A stretch of DNA of 23,788 nucleotides from Candidatus Methylomirabilia bacterium (lineage in GTDB: Bacteria; Methylomirabilota; Methylomirabilia; Rokubacteriales; CSP1-6), in NCBI GenBank assembly GCA_041496385.1, contig JBGQEL010000062.1, forward strand, positions 1-23,788, given 5' to 3'. Shown here in pieces: positions 15,192-23,632 of this stretch; positions within the stretch are counted from its first letter, which is position 1; each line of letters starts with the position of its first letter. The notes under the pieces were generated by a model. The model had not been told where the DNA came from. It was given only the letters and a program-made list of their open reading frames with translations, and did not search any database. Made by a program: the position numbers and the translations under genes.

Positions 15192-15931
15192 ACGCGCTCG
15201 AGCTCGACGAGCAGGGTCGTGCCGAAGGGCAGCGGCACCCAGCGCGCGACGAACCGCTCCAGGCGGACGACGGCGTAGAGGAACGCGTCGAGGAGCCGCG
15301 GAAGCCTGAAGAGATCGGAGCGGGGCGCGGCCGAGCCGCCGCGGCGCGCGAGGCCGCGACCGAGACGGTACGCCACGATCGGCACGAAGAGAAAGCCGAA
15401 CAGGTAGCGCATCCGGGCGATCCGCACCCCGCCGACGGCGAAGGCCGCCCGCGCGCGCGCCTTCGTGTAGCGGCGGACGGAATGGACCGCGCGGTCGTGC
15501 TCGCTCAGGAGGAACTGGAACGCCGCCAGGCTGAGGACGAGGCGCCCGCCGGGCTTCGTCACCCTGGCCAGCTCCTCGAGCGCGCGCCGCTCGTCCACCT
15601 CGAGGCTCTCGAACACGTCGGCGCACAGCACGCAATCGAACGCGCCGGTCCGCAGGGGCAGGCGGTTGACGTCCGCCACCAGCAGCCGCTCCAGCCCGCG
15701 CCGCCGCGCGAGGCGCACCGCCTCCTCGGAGAGGTCGCAGCCCGTCACGCGCGTGAACGCGTCGGCGAGCAGCACCGTGTTCGCGCCGGAGCCGCAGCCG
15801 GCGTCGAGGGCCGCCACGCCGCGCGCCGGCACCGTCGCGCGGATCACGTCGCCGAGGTACAGCCGAAGCGCGCGATACCACCATAGGGTGTCCTCGACCG
15901 CGAACATCCGCCGGTATTCGGCATCCTCCAT
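15188..15931 (-). CDS. Class I SAM-dependent methyltransferase
   Basis: LDAGCGSG motif I, GCDLS, ADVNRLP..FDCVL, RVTKPGGRL, SEHD..VHSVRRYT, with an N-terminal ED..WWY segment. Confidence 0.88.
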   Translation of the reverse strand: MEDAEYRRMFAVEDTLWWYRALRLYLGDVIRATVPARGVAALDAGCGSGANTVLLADAFTRVTGCDLSEEAVRLARRRGLERLLVADVNRLPLRTGAFDCVLCADVFESLEVDERRALEELARVTKPGGRLVLSLAAFQFLLSEHDRAVHSVRRYTKARARAAFAVGGVRIARMRYLFGFLFVPIVAYRLGRGLARRGGSAAPRSDLFRLPRLLDAFLYAVVRLERFVARWVPLPFGTTLLVELERV

Positions 15932-15934
15932 CCT

Positions 15935-16318
15935 TCAGCTCACCTGGTACTCGATGAGGTCGGGCGCGGCGGGGTCGAAGCGATGCGATTTGAGCATGAC
16001 GAAGCGGCTGTCCTCGAGGTGCTCGATGATCCGGGCCTCCGACGGCCGGAAGACGAATCCCTGGCCGGCGCCGATCGAGCGCTCGTGGCGCGCCCTCGTC
16101 GTCACGTCGACGGTGGTGATGCGCGCGCTGCCCGCGAGCAGCCAGTAGCAGACGACCGTGTGCGCGTGGTAGTGATGCCCGAGCACCGCGCCGCGCTTCA
16201 TGACCCCGTGGATCAGGCTCTCCCAGCGCCCGGCGTTCACGAGCTCCTCGAAGGTGCCGCGCGCATCCGCGCGGACGAAGGCCGGCCGCTCCACGAGCCC
16301 CCAGGCGATTTCCTGCAT
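15935..16318 (-). CDS. Cupin-fold protein (WxcM/FdtA-like NDP-sugar isomerase/epimerase)
   Basis: ATG 16318 (TGATG overlap with the GT2 stop). DARGTF and GAVLGHHYH resemble the DxRG and GxHxH motifs of sugar cupins; 127 aa. Confidence 0.65.
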   Translation of the reverse strand: MQEIAWGLVERPAFVRADARGTFEELVNAGRWESLIHGVMKRGAVLGHHYHAHTVVCYWLLAGSARITTVDVTTRARHERSIGAGQGFVFRPSEARIIEHLEDSRFVMLKSHRFDPAAPDLIEYQVS

Positions 16319-17022
16319 CAATCGACCCTCCTCAGCCTCGCCGCGAGGATCCGCAACGCGTACTGCAGCCCGGTCACGAAGAAGCTCAGGACGTTCGGCA
16401 TGGACTTCGAGACCCCAACCGTCCGGTCGCGGAAGTAGTAGCCGATCTCGCCGACCTTGAGCCCCTTCCGGCACGCGTGGTACACGAACTCGATGAAGTA
16501 CTCCCCGTACCCGCGCGGCATGAGCGTGACCGAGTCGAAGACCGAGCGCCGCAGCAACACGAAGCCGCTGTCGTAGTCCCGGATGCCGTAGCCGAGGACG
16601 AGCCGGGCGAACGTGTTGATGAAGCGGCTCGCGAGCACGCGGAGCGGGGCGCGGTCGTCGACACCGCCCGGCGCGTAGCGGGAACCGATGACGAGATCGT
16701 ACCCCTCCTCCGTGATCATCCCGTACATCCTGGGAATCATCTCCGGCGGCATGCACATGTCGGCGTCCATCCAGCCGACGTACTCGCCGCGCGACTCGAT
16801 GATGCCGCGGTTGAACGCCGACGCGAGCCCGCGCGTGCCCACGCGACGGATCACCGTGACGTTCGGGAGGTTCAGCGATTCGGCGATGGACCAGGTGCTG
16901 TCGGGCGAGTCGTCGTCCACCACGATGATCTCCATCGCCTCCGGACTCGCCTTGATGAGCTCCGTGATCGTCGTCCGGATCAGATCTCGTTCGTTGAACG
17001 TCGCGAGGATGATGGAGATCAT
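16318..17022 (-). CDS. GT2 glycosyltransferase, polyprenol-phosphate glycosyltransferase (DPM1-like)
   Basis: ISIILATFNE, IIVVDDDSPDST, RGLASA, WMDAD (DxD), DLVIGSRYAPGG, IRDYDSGF, FRDRTVGVSK. Confidence 0.9.
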   Translation of the reverse strand: MISIILATFNERDLIRTTITELIKASPEAMEIIVVDDDSPDSTWSIAESLNLPNVTVIRRVGTRGLASAFNRGIIESRGEYVGWMDADMCMPPEMIPRMYGMITEEGYDLVIGSRYAPGGVDDRAPLRVLASRFINTFARLVLGYGIRDYDSGFVLLRRSVFDSVTLMPRGYGEYFIEFVYHACRKGLKVGEIGYYFRDRTVGVSKSMPNVLSFFVTGLQYALRILAARLRRVD

Positions 17023-17041
17023 GGCGGAAGAACCCGCCGCA

Positions 17042-17071
17042 AGACTACGCGAGTGGGAGCCGCGCGGGCAA
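17042..17071 (-). promoter_or_regulatory. Putative sigma70 promoter of the glycan cluster, TTGCCC-N18-TAGTCT
   Basis: -35 at 17066-17071 and -10 at 17042-17047 on the minus strand, in the intergenic region before the GT2 ATG. Confidence 0.4.
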
Positions 17072-17145
17072 CTGCGACGTGGGGCGCCGGAGGAGACGGC
17101 CGGGCGATGTCGGGGGACCGCCAGGAGCCGCGGGAGCGCGGCCGC

Positions 17146-17574
17146 TTACTCGCCGATCACCTGGATGCTGATCTCGCGGCGCCGCGGGCCATCGAGCTCG
17201 GCGAAGATCACGGACTGGAACCGGCCGAGCGTCAGCTCGCCGTTGTTGACGCCGACCGCGATGTTGCGGCCGAGAAGCGCCGCGCGCAGGTGCGAGTGCG
17301 CGTTGCCGCGCTCGCAGTCCGACACGCGCGGATCGTCGTGACGGTAGCCGTTGCGCTCCGGCACGAGCCGCTCGATGAGCGCCTTGAGGTCGTCCATCAG
17401 CGCGCTTTGGAACTCGTTGATGAAGAGCGCGCAGGTCGTGTGCAGCGTGTTGATGAGCGCGATGCCCGCCCGGATGGGCGTTTGTTGCACCGCGTCCCGC
17501 ACGAGCTTCGTGATATCGGAAACCTCGGTGCGCTCCTCACTCGACAGCGTGAACGAGGTGTTGAAAACCTTCAT
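17146..17574 (-). CDS. yjbQ: YjbQ/UPF0047 family protein (secondary thiamine-phosphate synthase family)
   Basis: ATG 17574. DITKLV, HTTCALFINE, YRHDD, NAHSHL, LGRFQSVIFAELDGPRRR; 142 aa. Confidence 0.9.
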   Translation of the reverse strand: MKVFNTSFTLSSEERTEVSDITKLVRDAVQQTPIRAGIALINTLHTTCALFINEFQSALMDDLKALIERLVPERNGYRHDDPRVSDCERGNAHSHLRAALLGRNIAVGVNNGELTLGRFQSVIFAELDGPRRREISIQVIGE

Positions 17575-17651
17575 GTCTTCATTCTCTCCGAGCCCATGCC
17601 CCTGGATTCGCTGGCCAAAACACCAGCGGGGCGGCGTCCGAACCACCCGTT

Positions 17652-17681
17652 ACCATAACGACACACCGCGGTGAAAGTCAA
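17652..17681 (-). promoter_or_regulatory. Putative sigma70 promoter for yjbQ, TTGACT-N18-TATGGT
   Basis: -35 at 17676-17681 and -10 at 17652-17657 on the minus strand, in an AT-richer intergenic patch. Confidence 0.6.
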
Positions 17682-17731
17682 TCATAAGACTGCCCTCGCC
17701 CCGCCGGGGACCCGGGGCCGCTCACGGCCGC

Positions 17732-18553
17732 TCACGCCGTCTTCGGGTCGAGCAGATCGCGCAGCCCGTCGCCCAGAAGATTCAGCCCGAGCACGGTCAG
17801 GGCGATCGCCCCGCCCGGAAAGATCGCGTACGACGGATTCATCGACAGGAAGTTCTGCGCCTCCTTCAGCATGAGCCCCCACGACGGGTTCGGCGGCTGC
17901 GTGCCGAGCCCCAGGTACGCGAGCGCGGCCTCGGCGAGGATCGCCACCGGAAAGCTGGTGGTCGCCTGGATGATGAGCGGGGGCAGCGTGTTCGGCAGGA
18001 TGTGGCGCGCGATCAGCCTCCCGTCACGCGCGCCGAGCGCGCGCGCGGCCAGCACGAACTCGCGCGGCGCGAGCTCGAGAAACCCCGCGCGCGTCAGCCG
18101 CGCGAACGCCGGCACGAACGCGATGCCGATGGCGACCATGCTGATCGCGACGCCCGGGGTGAACACGGCCGCGAAGAGCAGCGCCGACAGGATCGCCGGA
18201 AAGCCCTGCAGCGCGTCGATGAGCCGCATGCAGGCCTCGTCGAGCCAGCCCCGCGCGTAGCCGCTCGCGATCCCGAGGCCGACCCCGACCGCGGCGCCGA
18301 TCCCCACCGCGATGACGCCGACGGCGATCGAGGTGACCGCGCCGCGCATCACCCGCGAGAGCACGTCGCGCCCGTACTGGTCGGTGCCGAACGGGTGGCC
18401 GGCGGACGGCCCCTCGAGCCGCCCGGTGATGGACATCGCGAGCGGGTCGCGCGGCGTCCAGACCAGGGAGATCGCCGCCGTCAGGAGGAGGAGCGCGGTG
18501 ACCGCGACGCCGAGCGCGAACGTGACGTGCCGCAGCGGCCGCTTGCGGGACAT
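17732..18553 (-). CDS. Peptide/nickel ABC transporter permease (DppC/OppC-like)
   Basis: HPFGTDQYGRDVLSR, EFVLAARALGA (EAA loop), RHILPN, LGLGTQPPNPSWG, GDGLRDLLDP. Confidence 0.93.
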   Translation of the reverse strand: MSRKRPLRHVTFALGVAVTALLLLTAAISLVWTPRDPLAMSITGRLEGPSAGHPFGTDQYGRDVLSRVMRGAVTSIAVGVIAVGIGAAVGVGLGIASGYARGWLDEACMRLIDALQGFPAILSALLFAAVFTPGVAISMVAIGIAFVPAFARLTRAGFLELAPREFVLAARALGARDGRLIARHILPNTLPPLIIQATTSFPVAILAEAALAYLGLGTQPPNPSWGLMLKEAQNFLSMNPSYAIFPGGAIALTVLGLNLLGDGLRDLLDPKTA

Positions 18554-18559
18554 GCCGGG

Positions 18560-19504
18560 CTATTCGTACCGGATCCGCGGATCCAGGAATCCGTACGCGA
18601 GATCCACGGCGAAGTTGATCAGCACGATGCCCGAGGCCACGAAGAGCGTCACGCCCTGGACGACCGGCAGGTCGCGCGCGCTGATGGCGCCGAGCGCGAG
18701 CCGGCCCAGGCCCGGCAGCGCGAAGACCGACTCGAGGATGATGGAGCCCGCCATGAGCTGGCCGAGCTGGATGCCCGCGACCGTCACGACCGGAATGAGC
18801 GCGTTCCGGAGCGTATGCTTGCCGAGCACGAGCGCCTCGCTCACGCCCTTGGCCCGCGCCGTGCGCACGTAGTCCTCGCGCAGGACGTCGAGGACCGACG
18901 AGCGCGTGGCGCGGACGAGCACCGCCGCCTGGAAGAGGCCGAGCGCGACCGCGGGCAGGAGCAGCGACCTGACGCCGGGCCAGACGCCGCCCGCCCAGCC
19001 CTCGAAGCCGCCCGATTGCACCCAGCCGAGCCGCACCGAGAAGAGGAGGATCAGCAGGAGCCCCGCCCAGAACGACGGCACGGCGATGCCGACCTGCGAG
19101 AGCACCATCGCCGCGTAGTCCCCGAGCCCGCGGTGACGCGTCGCCGCGTAGAGCCCGAGCGGCAGCGCCGCGAGGACCATCAGCGTCGCCGCCATGAGCG
19201 TGAGCGGCAGCGTCAGGGGCAGCCGGCTCAGGATGAGGCGCCCGACCGGCACGTCGTACTGGATGGACACGCCGAGATCGCCGGTGAGCGCGCGCCGGAG
19301 CCAGTCGGCGTACTGGACCACGAGCGGGCGGTTCAGCCCGAGCGCCTCGCGCAGGCGCTCGACGGCCTCCGGGCTCCCCTCCGTGCCCATGATGATGAGC
19401 GCCGGATCGCCGGGCAGCACGCGGATCACGACGAACACGAGGACGGATACGAAGAACAGGGTCGCGACGAGCATCGCGACCCGTCTCAGAGCGTACCGCC
19501 GCAC
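18560..19504 (-). CDS. Peptide/nickel ABC transporter permease (DppB/OppB-like)
   Basis: LPGDPA, GDLGVS, DYVRTARAKG, HTLRNAL, ESVFALPGLG, RDLPVVQG, DPRIRY. Confidence 0.93.
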   Translation of the reverse strand: MRRYALRRVAMLVATLFFVSVLVFVVIRVLPGDPALIIMGTEGSPEAVERLREALGLNRPLVVQYADWLRRALTGDLGVSIQYDVPVGRLILSRLPLTLPLTLMAATLMVLAALPLGLYAATRHRGLGDYAAMVLSQVGIAVPSFWAGLLLILLFSVRLGWVQSGGFEGWAGGVWPGVRSLLLPAVALGLFQAAVLVRATRSSVLDVLREDYVRTARAKGVSEALVLGKHTLRNALIPVVTVAGIQLGQLMAGSIILESVFALPGLGRLALGAISARDLPVVQGVTLFVASGIVLINFAVDLAYGFLDPRIRYE

Positions 19505-19525
19505 GCGCCTACGCGCCCGTCGCGG

Positions 19526-21019
19526 CTACTTCGCCCAGGAGACCTCGGAGAGGTCGGCCGATGGGATCGGCAGATCCTTCCAGAGGCCCTGCAGCCCTTT
19601 CTTGGCGACCACGAGCCGCGGGTGCATGTAGAGCCAGACCGCCGGCGCGTCCTCGACCAGCATCTTCTGCATCTGGACGTAGAGATCGCGGCGCGGCCGA
19701 TCCTCGAGCGTGACCTCCGATTTCTTGAAGAGATCCTGGAACTTCGCGCTGTCGTAGCGGAAGTAGTACTTCGGGTTCGCGTAGTTCGAGATGTCCCAGG
19801 CCTCGGCGTGCCCGATGATCGTCAGGTCGTACTCGGCCTCGCGCCAGACGCGGGCGATCCACTGGCCCCACTCGATCTGCTCGATCTTCACCTTCACCCC
19901 GACCTTCGCGAGATGGTTGGCGATGATCTCGCCGCTGCGCACCGTGTAGTAGTACTGCGGCGAGACCCGCAGCACCGTCTCGAAGCCGTTCGGGTACCCG
20001 GCCTCCGCCAGGAGCTTCTTCGCCCTCGCCGGGTCGTGGGGCATCGCGCCGGCGAGGTCGACGAAGTACGGGTTCAGCGGATCGACGTTGCTCCCGAGGA
20101 TCCGGCCCATCCCGAACATCGCGCCCTTGAGCACCTCCGCCTTGTCGATCGCGTGGGTGACGGCCCGGCGGACGCGCACGTCGGCGTAGGGCTTCCTCGA
20201 ATTGTTCATCGCCAGGATCACGTCGTTCGTCGTGTCGCCGACGATCACCTGGAAGCGCGCGTCCTTCTGGAGATCCTGCACGTGCTCCGGGCCGAGGCCG
20301 AAGAGCGACGCGTCCACGTCGCCCGCCTTGAGCGCCGCCAGGGTCGCGTTGGGGTCGGGGATGAAGCGGAAGACGACGCGGTCGAGCTTCGGCAGGCCCT
20401 TCGCGTGATACTCGGGGTTGCGGACGAGCACGATCCGGTCGCCGCGGACCCACTCCGCGAGCTTGAACGGGCCGGTCCCGAGGGGCTCGCTCTTCATCGT
20501 GTCCACGGCCTCGCGCGGGTAGATCACCGAGCCCTGGCGCGCCATGTTGAGGAGGAAGTTGGCGTTCAGGCTCTTGAGCGCGAAGGTGACCGTGTAGTCG
20601 TCCTTGACGATGATGTCGCCGATCGCCGCGTAGTAGGCCGGGTACGGGTGCTTCGTCTCCGGGTTCATCGCGCGATCGAAGACGAACTTGACGTCGGCGG
20701 CCCGCAGCTCGCGCCCGTTGTGGAACCGGACGCCGCGCTTCAGGAAGAAGGTGTAGTTGCGGTTGTCCGTGGTATGCCAGCGCTCGGCCAGCCAGGGCAC
20801 GATCTTGCCGTGCCGGTCCACCTTCACGAGGCACTCCTGGATGTTGTAGAGCACGACCGCCGCCGTCGCCGACGCCGGCGTGGCGGTGAGGTCGAGCCCC
20901 GGAGGCTCCGTGCTGTTCTGGACGACCAGCGTGCCCTGGGCGTGCGCCGCGGGCGGCGCGACGATCAACCCCAGCACGAGCGACGCGAGAAGCCCGAGCC
21001 CGACGACGTGGCGCATCAC
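19526..21019 (-). CDS. Family-5 ABC substrate-binding protein (DppA/OppA-like)
   Basis: Signal peptide ending AHA-Q, PWLAERW, LKRGVRFHNG, GTGPFK, VRRAVTHAID, AKKLLAEAGYPNGF. AGGAGG SD precedes GTG 21019 / ATG 21016. Confidence 0.92.
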   Translation of the reverse strand: MMRHVVGLGLLASLVLGLIVAPPAAHAQGTLVVQNSTEPPGLDLTATPASATAAVVLYNIQECLVKVDRHGKIVPWLAERWHTTDNRNYTFFLKRGVRFHNGRELRAADVKFVFDRAMNPETKHPYPAYYAAIGDIIVKDDYTVTFALKSLNANFLLNMARQGSVIYPREAVDTMKSEPLGTGPFKLAEWVRGDRIVLVRNPEYHAKGLPKLDRVVFRFIPDPNATLAALKAGDVDASLFGLGPEHVQDLQKDARFQVIVGDTTNDVILAMNNSRKPYADVRVRRAVTHAIDKAEVLKGAMFGMGRILGSNVDPLNPYFVDLAGAMPHDPARAKKLLAEAGYPNGFETVLRVSPQYYYTVRSGEIIANHLAKVGVKVKIEQIEWGQWIARVWREAEYDLTIIGHAEAWDISNYANPKYYFRYDSAKFQDLFKKSEVTLEDRPRRDLYVQMQKMLVEDAPAVWLYMHPRLVVAKKGLQGLWKDLPIPSADLSEVSWAK

Positions 21020-21999
21020 GGCACCCTCCTGGATACTCGCTTGACCGTTCGGATCTTGAGCGCTCGGAAGTACTCGACCGTGCGCCGGAACCCCTCGTCG
21101 AAGGCGACGAGGGGCGTGTATGCGATCAGGCGCTTGGCCCGGTCGAGGTCGGCGAGGGTGTGCGGGACGTCACCCGCGCGCGACGGCGTGTGCCGGCGCT
21201 CGAGCGGGCGGCCGAGGATCGCCTCGAGCTTCCCGACGATGTCGAGCAGGCTCACCCGCGTCCCGCAGCCGACGTTCACCACCTCGCCGCCCGCGCCGGG
21301 CGCGCGCGCGGCCAGCAGGTTCGCCTCGACGACGTTGTCGATGTAGGTGAAGTCCCGCGACTGCGTCCCGTCCCCGTGGACCTCGAGCGGCGCGCCGGAG
21401 AACCCCCACAGGATGAAGCGCGGGATCACCGCGGCGTACTCGGACTTCGGATCCTGGCGCGGGCCGAAGACGTTGAAGTAGCGGAGCCCGACGGTCTCCA
21501 CGCCGTACAGGAGCGCCCAGACCGCCGCGTACAGCTCACCCGCCGCCTTGGAGACCGCGTACGGCGAGACCGGCGCGGGCGGCTGGTCCTCGCGCTTCGG
21601 CAGCTCGGGCCGCGCCCCGTAGACCGACGACGACGAAGCGTAGACCACCCGCGGCACCCGGCAGCGCCGCGCGGCCTCGAGCACGTTCAGCGTGCCCGTG
21701 ACGTTGTTCGCGTTCGCGCCGAGCGGGTCCTTCACCGAGCGCGGCACCGAGCGCATCGCCGCCTGGTGGAAGATCGCCCGCGCGCCCCGCGCCGCGCGCA
21801 GCACCGTCGCGAGGTTCCGGATGTCGCCGCGGATCACCTGGAGACGCTTGCCGGCCTTCACCGCGAAGGGCAGGTTCGCGCGCGAGCCCGTCGAGAAGTT
21901 GTCGAGCACGCGCACGCGCCCGCCGTCGGCGAGGAGCCGCTCGACGAGGTGGGAGCCGATGAACCCGGCGCCGCCGGTGACGAGCATCAGGTCGCTCAT
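21016..21999 (-). CDS. NAD-dependent epimerase/dehydratase (extended SDR; WbpP/TviC-like UDP-HexNAc 4-epimerase)
   Basis: ATG 21999. VTGGAGFIGS, FHQAA..SVPRS, ASSSSVYG, SPYAVSK (YxxxK), LRYFNVFGPRQDP.SEYAAVIP, GDGTQSRDFTY; 327 aa. Confidence 0.9.
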   Translation of the reverse strand: MSDLMLVTGGAGFIGSHLVERLLADGGRVRVLDNFSTGSRANLPFAVKAGKRLQVIRGDIRNLATVLRAARGARAIFHQAAMRSVPRSVKDPLGANANNVTGTLNVLEAARRCRVPRVVYASSSSVYGARPELPKREDQPPAPVSPYAVSKAAGELYAAVWALLYGVETVGLRYFNVFGPRQDPKSEYAAVIPRFILWGFSGAPLEVHGDGTQSRDFTYIDNVVEANLLAARAPGAGGEVVNVGCGTRVSLLDIVGKLEAILGRPLERRHTPSRAGDVPHTLADLDRAKRLIAYTPLVAFDEGFRRTVEYFRALKIRTVKRVSRRVP

Positions 22000-22006
22000 G
22001 TCCGCG

Positions 22007-22015
22007 ATTGTAGCA
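22007..22015 (-). promoter_or_regulatory. Extended -10 TGcTACAAT 7 nt upstream of the epimerase ATG (putative leaderless promoter)
   Basis: The minus strand reads aaTGcTACAATcgcggacATG, with no Shine-Dalgarno. Confidence 0.65.
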
Positions 22016-22016
22016 T

Positions 22017-22046
22017 TTGACAGCCAGCGCGCTTTCGCTCCATCAT
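22017..22046 (+). promoter_or_regulatory. Putative sigma70 promoter TTGACA-N18-CATCAT for the plus-strand SBP
   Basis: Perfect -35 at 22017-22022 and weak -10 at 22041-22046. GGAGG SD at 22066-22070. Confidence 0.5.
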
Positions 22047-22075
22047 ACGGAACCTCGTCCGGCTTGGAGGACACA

Positions 22076-23608
22076 ATGAGCCGCCGCCGCGCGTTTCTTA
22101 TCGCGCTCACGCTCGTCCTGATGCTCCCCGCGCTCGTGCGCGCGCAGACGAAGGACGACACGATCGTCTACGCGATCCAGTCGGACATGCAGAACTGGGA
22201 CCCGCCGAACTCCGTGCTCCGCGAGTCCATCATTCTCGGCTATCACGTGTTCGACCACCTGGCGGCGCGCGACCTCAAGACGGGCAAGGTCGGCCCGGGT
22301 CTCGCGACGTCGTGGCGGAACGTCGACGACACCACGTGGGAAGTGAAGCTGCGCCAGGGCGTGAAGTTCCACGACGGGACGCCCTTCACGGCGCGTGACG
22401 TCAAGGCCTCGTTCGACCGCGTTCTCGACCCCGAGAAGAAGCTGACCGCGCGCGGGAACCACGCCAAGATCAAGAGCGTGGAGGTGGTGGACGACGCCAC
22501 GGTGCGCTTCAAGACCGACGGCCCCTATCCGCTCTTCGTCGAGCGCATGACCGCGCTGGTCATGCAGTCCGACAAGGTGATCCGCGAGAAGGGGCACGAG
22601 TGGATGCAGGAGAACCCGATCGGCACCGGGCCCTACAAGCTCGTGAAGTGGAACAAGAAGCAGGATCACCTGCTGGTGCGCAACGACGAGTACTGGGGCG
22701 CCAAGCCGGCGTTCAAGTACGTGCGCGTCCGCATCATCCCCGAGCAGGCGACGCAGATCGCCGAGCTGATCTCGGGCGGCGTCGACGTGATCAAGGCGGT
22801 CCCGCCCGACCAGATGGACGTCATCGACAAGTCGGGCGTGGCGCGGACGTCGACCTCGCCGATCCTCCGGACGGCGATGCTCCAGGTCGACCAGGCGGGG
22901 CGGACCGGCCCGAACCCCTTCACCGACAAGCGCGTCCGCCAGGCGGCGAACCTCGCCGTCGACATGGACGCGATCATCAAGCACGTCATCAACGGCCTGG
23001 GTGACCGGACGGCGACGACCGTGAACCCGATGGCCTTCGGCTACGACCCGGGCCTCAAGCCCTACCGGCAGGACCTCGCCGCCGCCAAGAAGCTCCTCGC
23101 CGAGGCCGGCTATCCGAACGGCTTCGAGGTCAAGTTCCTCACCGGGCCTCCCATCGTCGAACCCGCCGTCCAGCAGACCTCAGAGGCCATCTCGGCCGAC
23201 CTCACCAAGGTCGGAATCCGCACCGTGAAGCGCTACGTGGGCGAGATCGGCCCGTACGTGAACCTGGTTCGAGACGGCAAGGCGGAGCCCATGTTCGAGT
23301 GGTCGTGGGGCTACTACTCCGTCTTCGACGCCGACGCCATCCTTTTCGACGTGATGAAGTGCGGCGAGGCCTACAGCTACTACTGCAACAAGGCGGCGGA
23401 CGACCTGATCATCCAGGGGCGCTCCACGCTGGATCAGAAGAAGCGCGCCGAGATCTACGTCAAGATCCAGAAGCTCCTCTTCGACGACGCCGCCTACATC
23501 TACAAATGGGGCCTCCGCGGGGTCTGGGGCATCTCCAACCGCGTCGAGTATCAGGCGCCGCGGGACGAGGTCGACCGCATGTTCCTCGTGACTTCCCGAA
23601 AGAAGTAG
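22076..23608 (+). CDS. Family-5 ABC substrate-binding protein (DppA/OppA-like)
   Basis: GGAGG 5 nt before ATG 22076. Signal peptide MSRRRAFL...VRA-Q, PGLATSW, LRQGVKFHDG, PIGTGPYK, VRQAANLAVD, AKKLLAEAGYPNGF; 510 aa. Confidence 0.92.
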   Translation: MSRRRAFLIALTLVLMLPALVRAQTKDDTIVYAIQSDMQNWDPPNSVLRESIILGYHVFDHLAARDLKTGKVGPGLATSWRNVDDTTWEVKLRQGVKFHDGTPFTARDVKASFDRVLDPEKKLTARGNHAKIKSVEVVDDATVRFKTDGPYPLFVERMTALVMQSDKVIREKGHEWMQENPIGTGPYKLVKWNKKQDHLLVRNDEYWGAKPAFKYVRVRIIPEQATQIAELISGGVDVIKAVPPDQMDVIDKSGVARTSTSPILRTAMLQVDQAGRTGPNPFTDKRVRQAANLAVDMDAIIKHVINGLGDRTATTVNPMAFGYDPGLKPYRQDLAAAKKLLAEAGYPNGFEVKFLTGPPIVEPAVQQTSEAISADLTKVGIRTVKRYVGEIGPYVNLVRDGKAEPMFEWSWGYYSVFDADAILFDVMKCGEAYSYYCNKAADDLIIQGRSTLDQKKRAEIYVKIQKLLFDDAAYIYKWGLRGVWGISNRVEYQAPRDEVDRMFLVTSRKK

Positions 23609-23632
23609 CAATACGCCGAGGGGGAGACGAGT

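Noticed and set aside
17023..17038. GGCGG-N6-CCGCC hairpin just before the GT2 start as a terminator
   Set aside because: Only a 5-bp stem with no U-tract, and likely by chance in GC-rich DNA.
17575..17731. TPP riboswitch upstream of yjbQ
   Set aside because: The conserved TPP aptamer sequence (e.g. CTGAGA) is not present and the leader is short.
18002..21346. 1114-aa plus-strand ORF
   Set aside because: Antisense to the well-supported dppABC-like genes, with Arg-rich composition and no domain signature.
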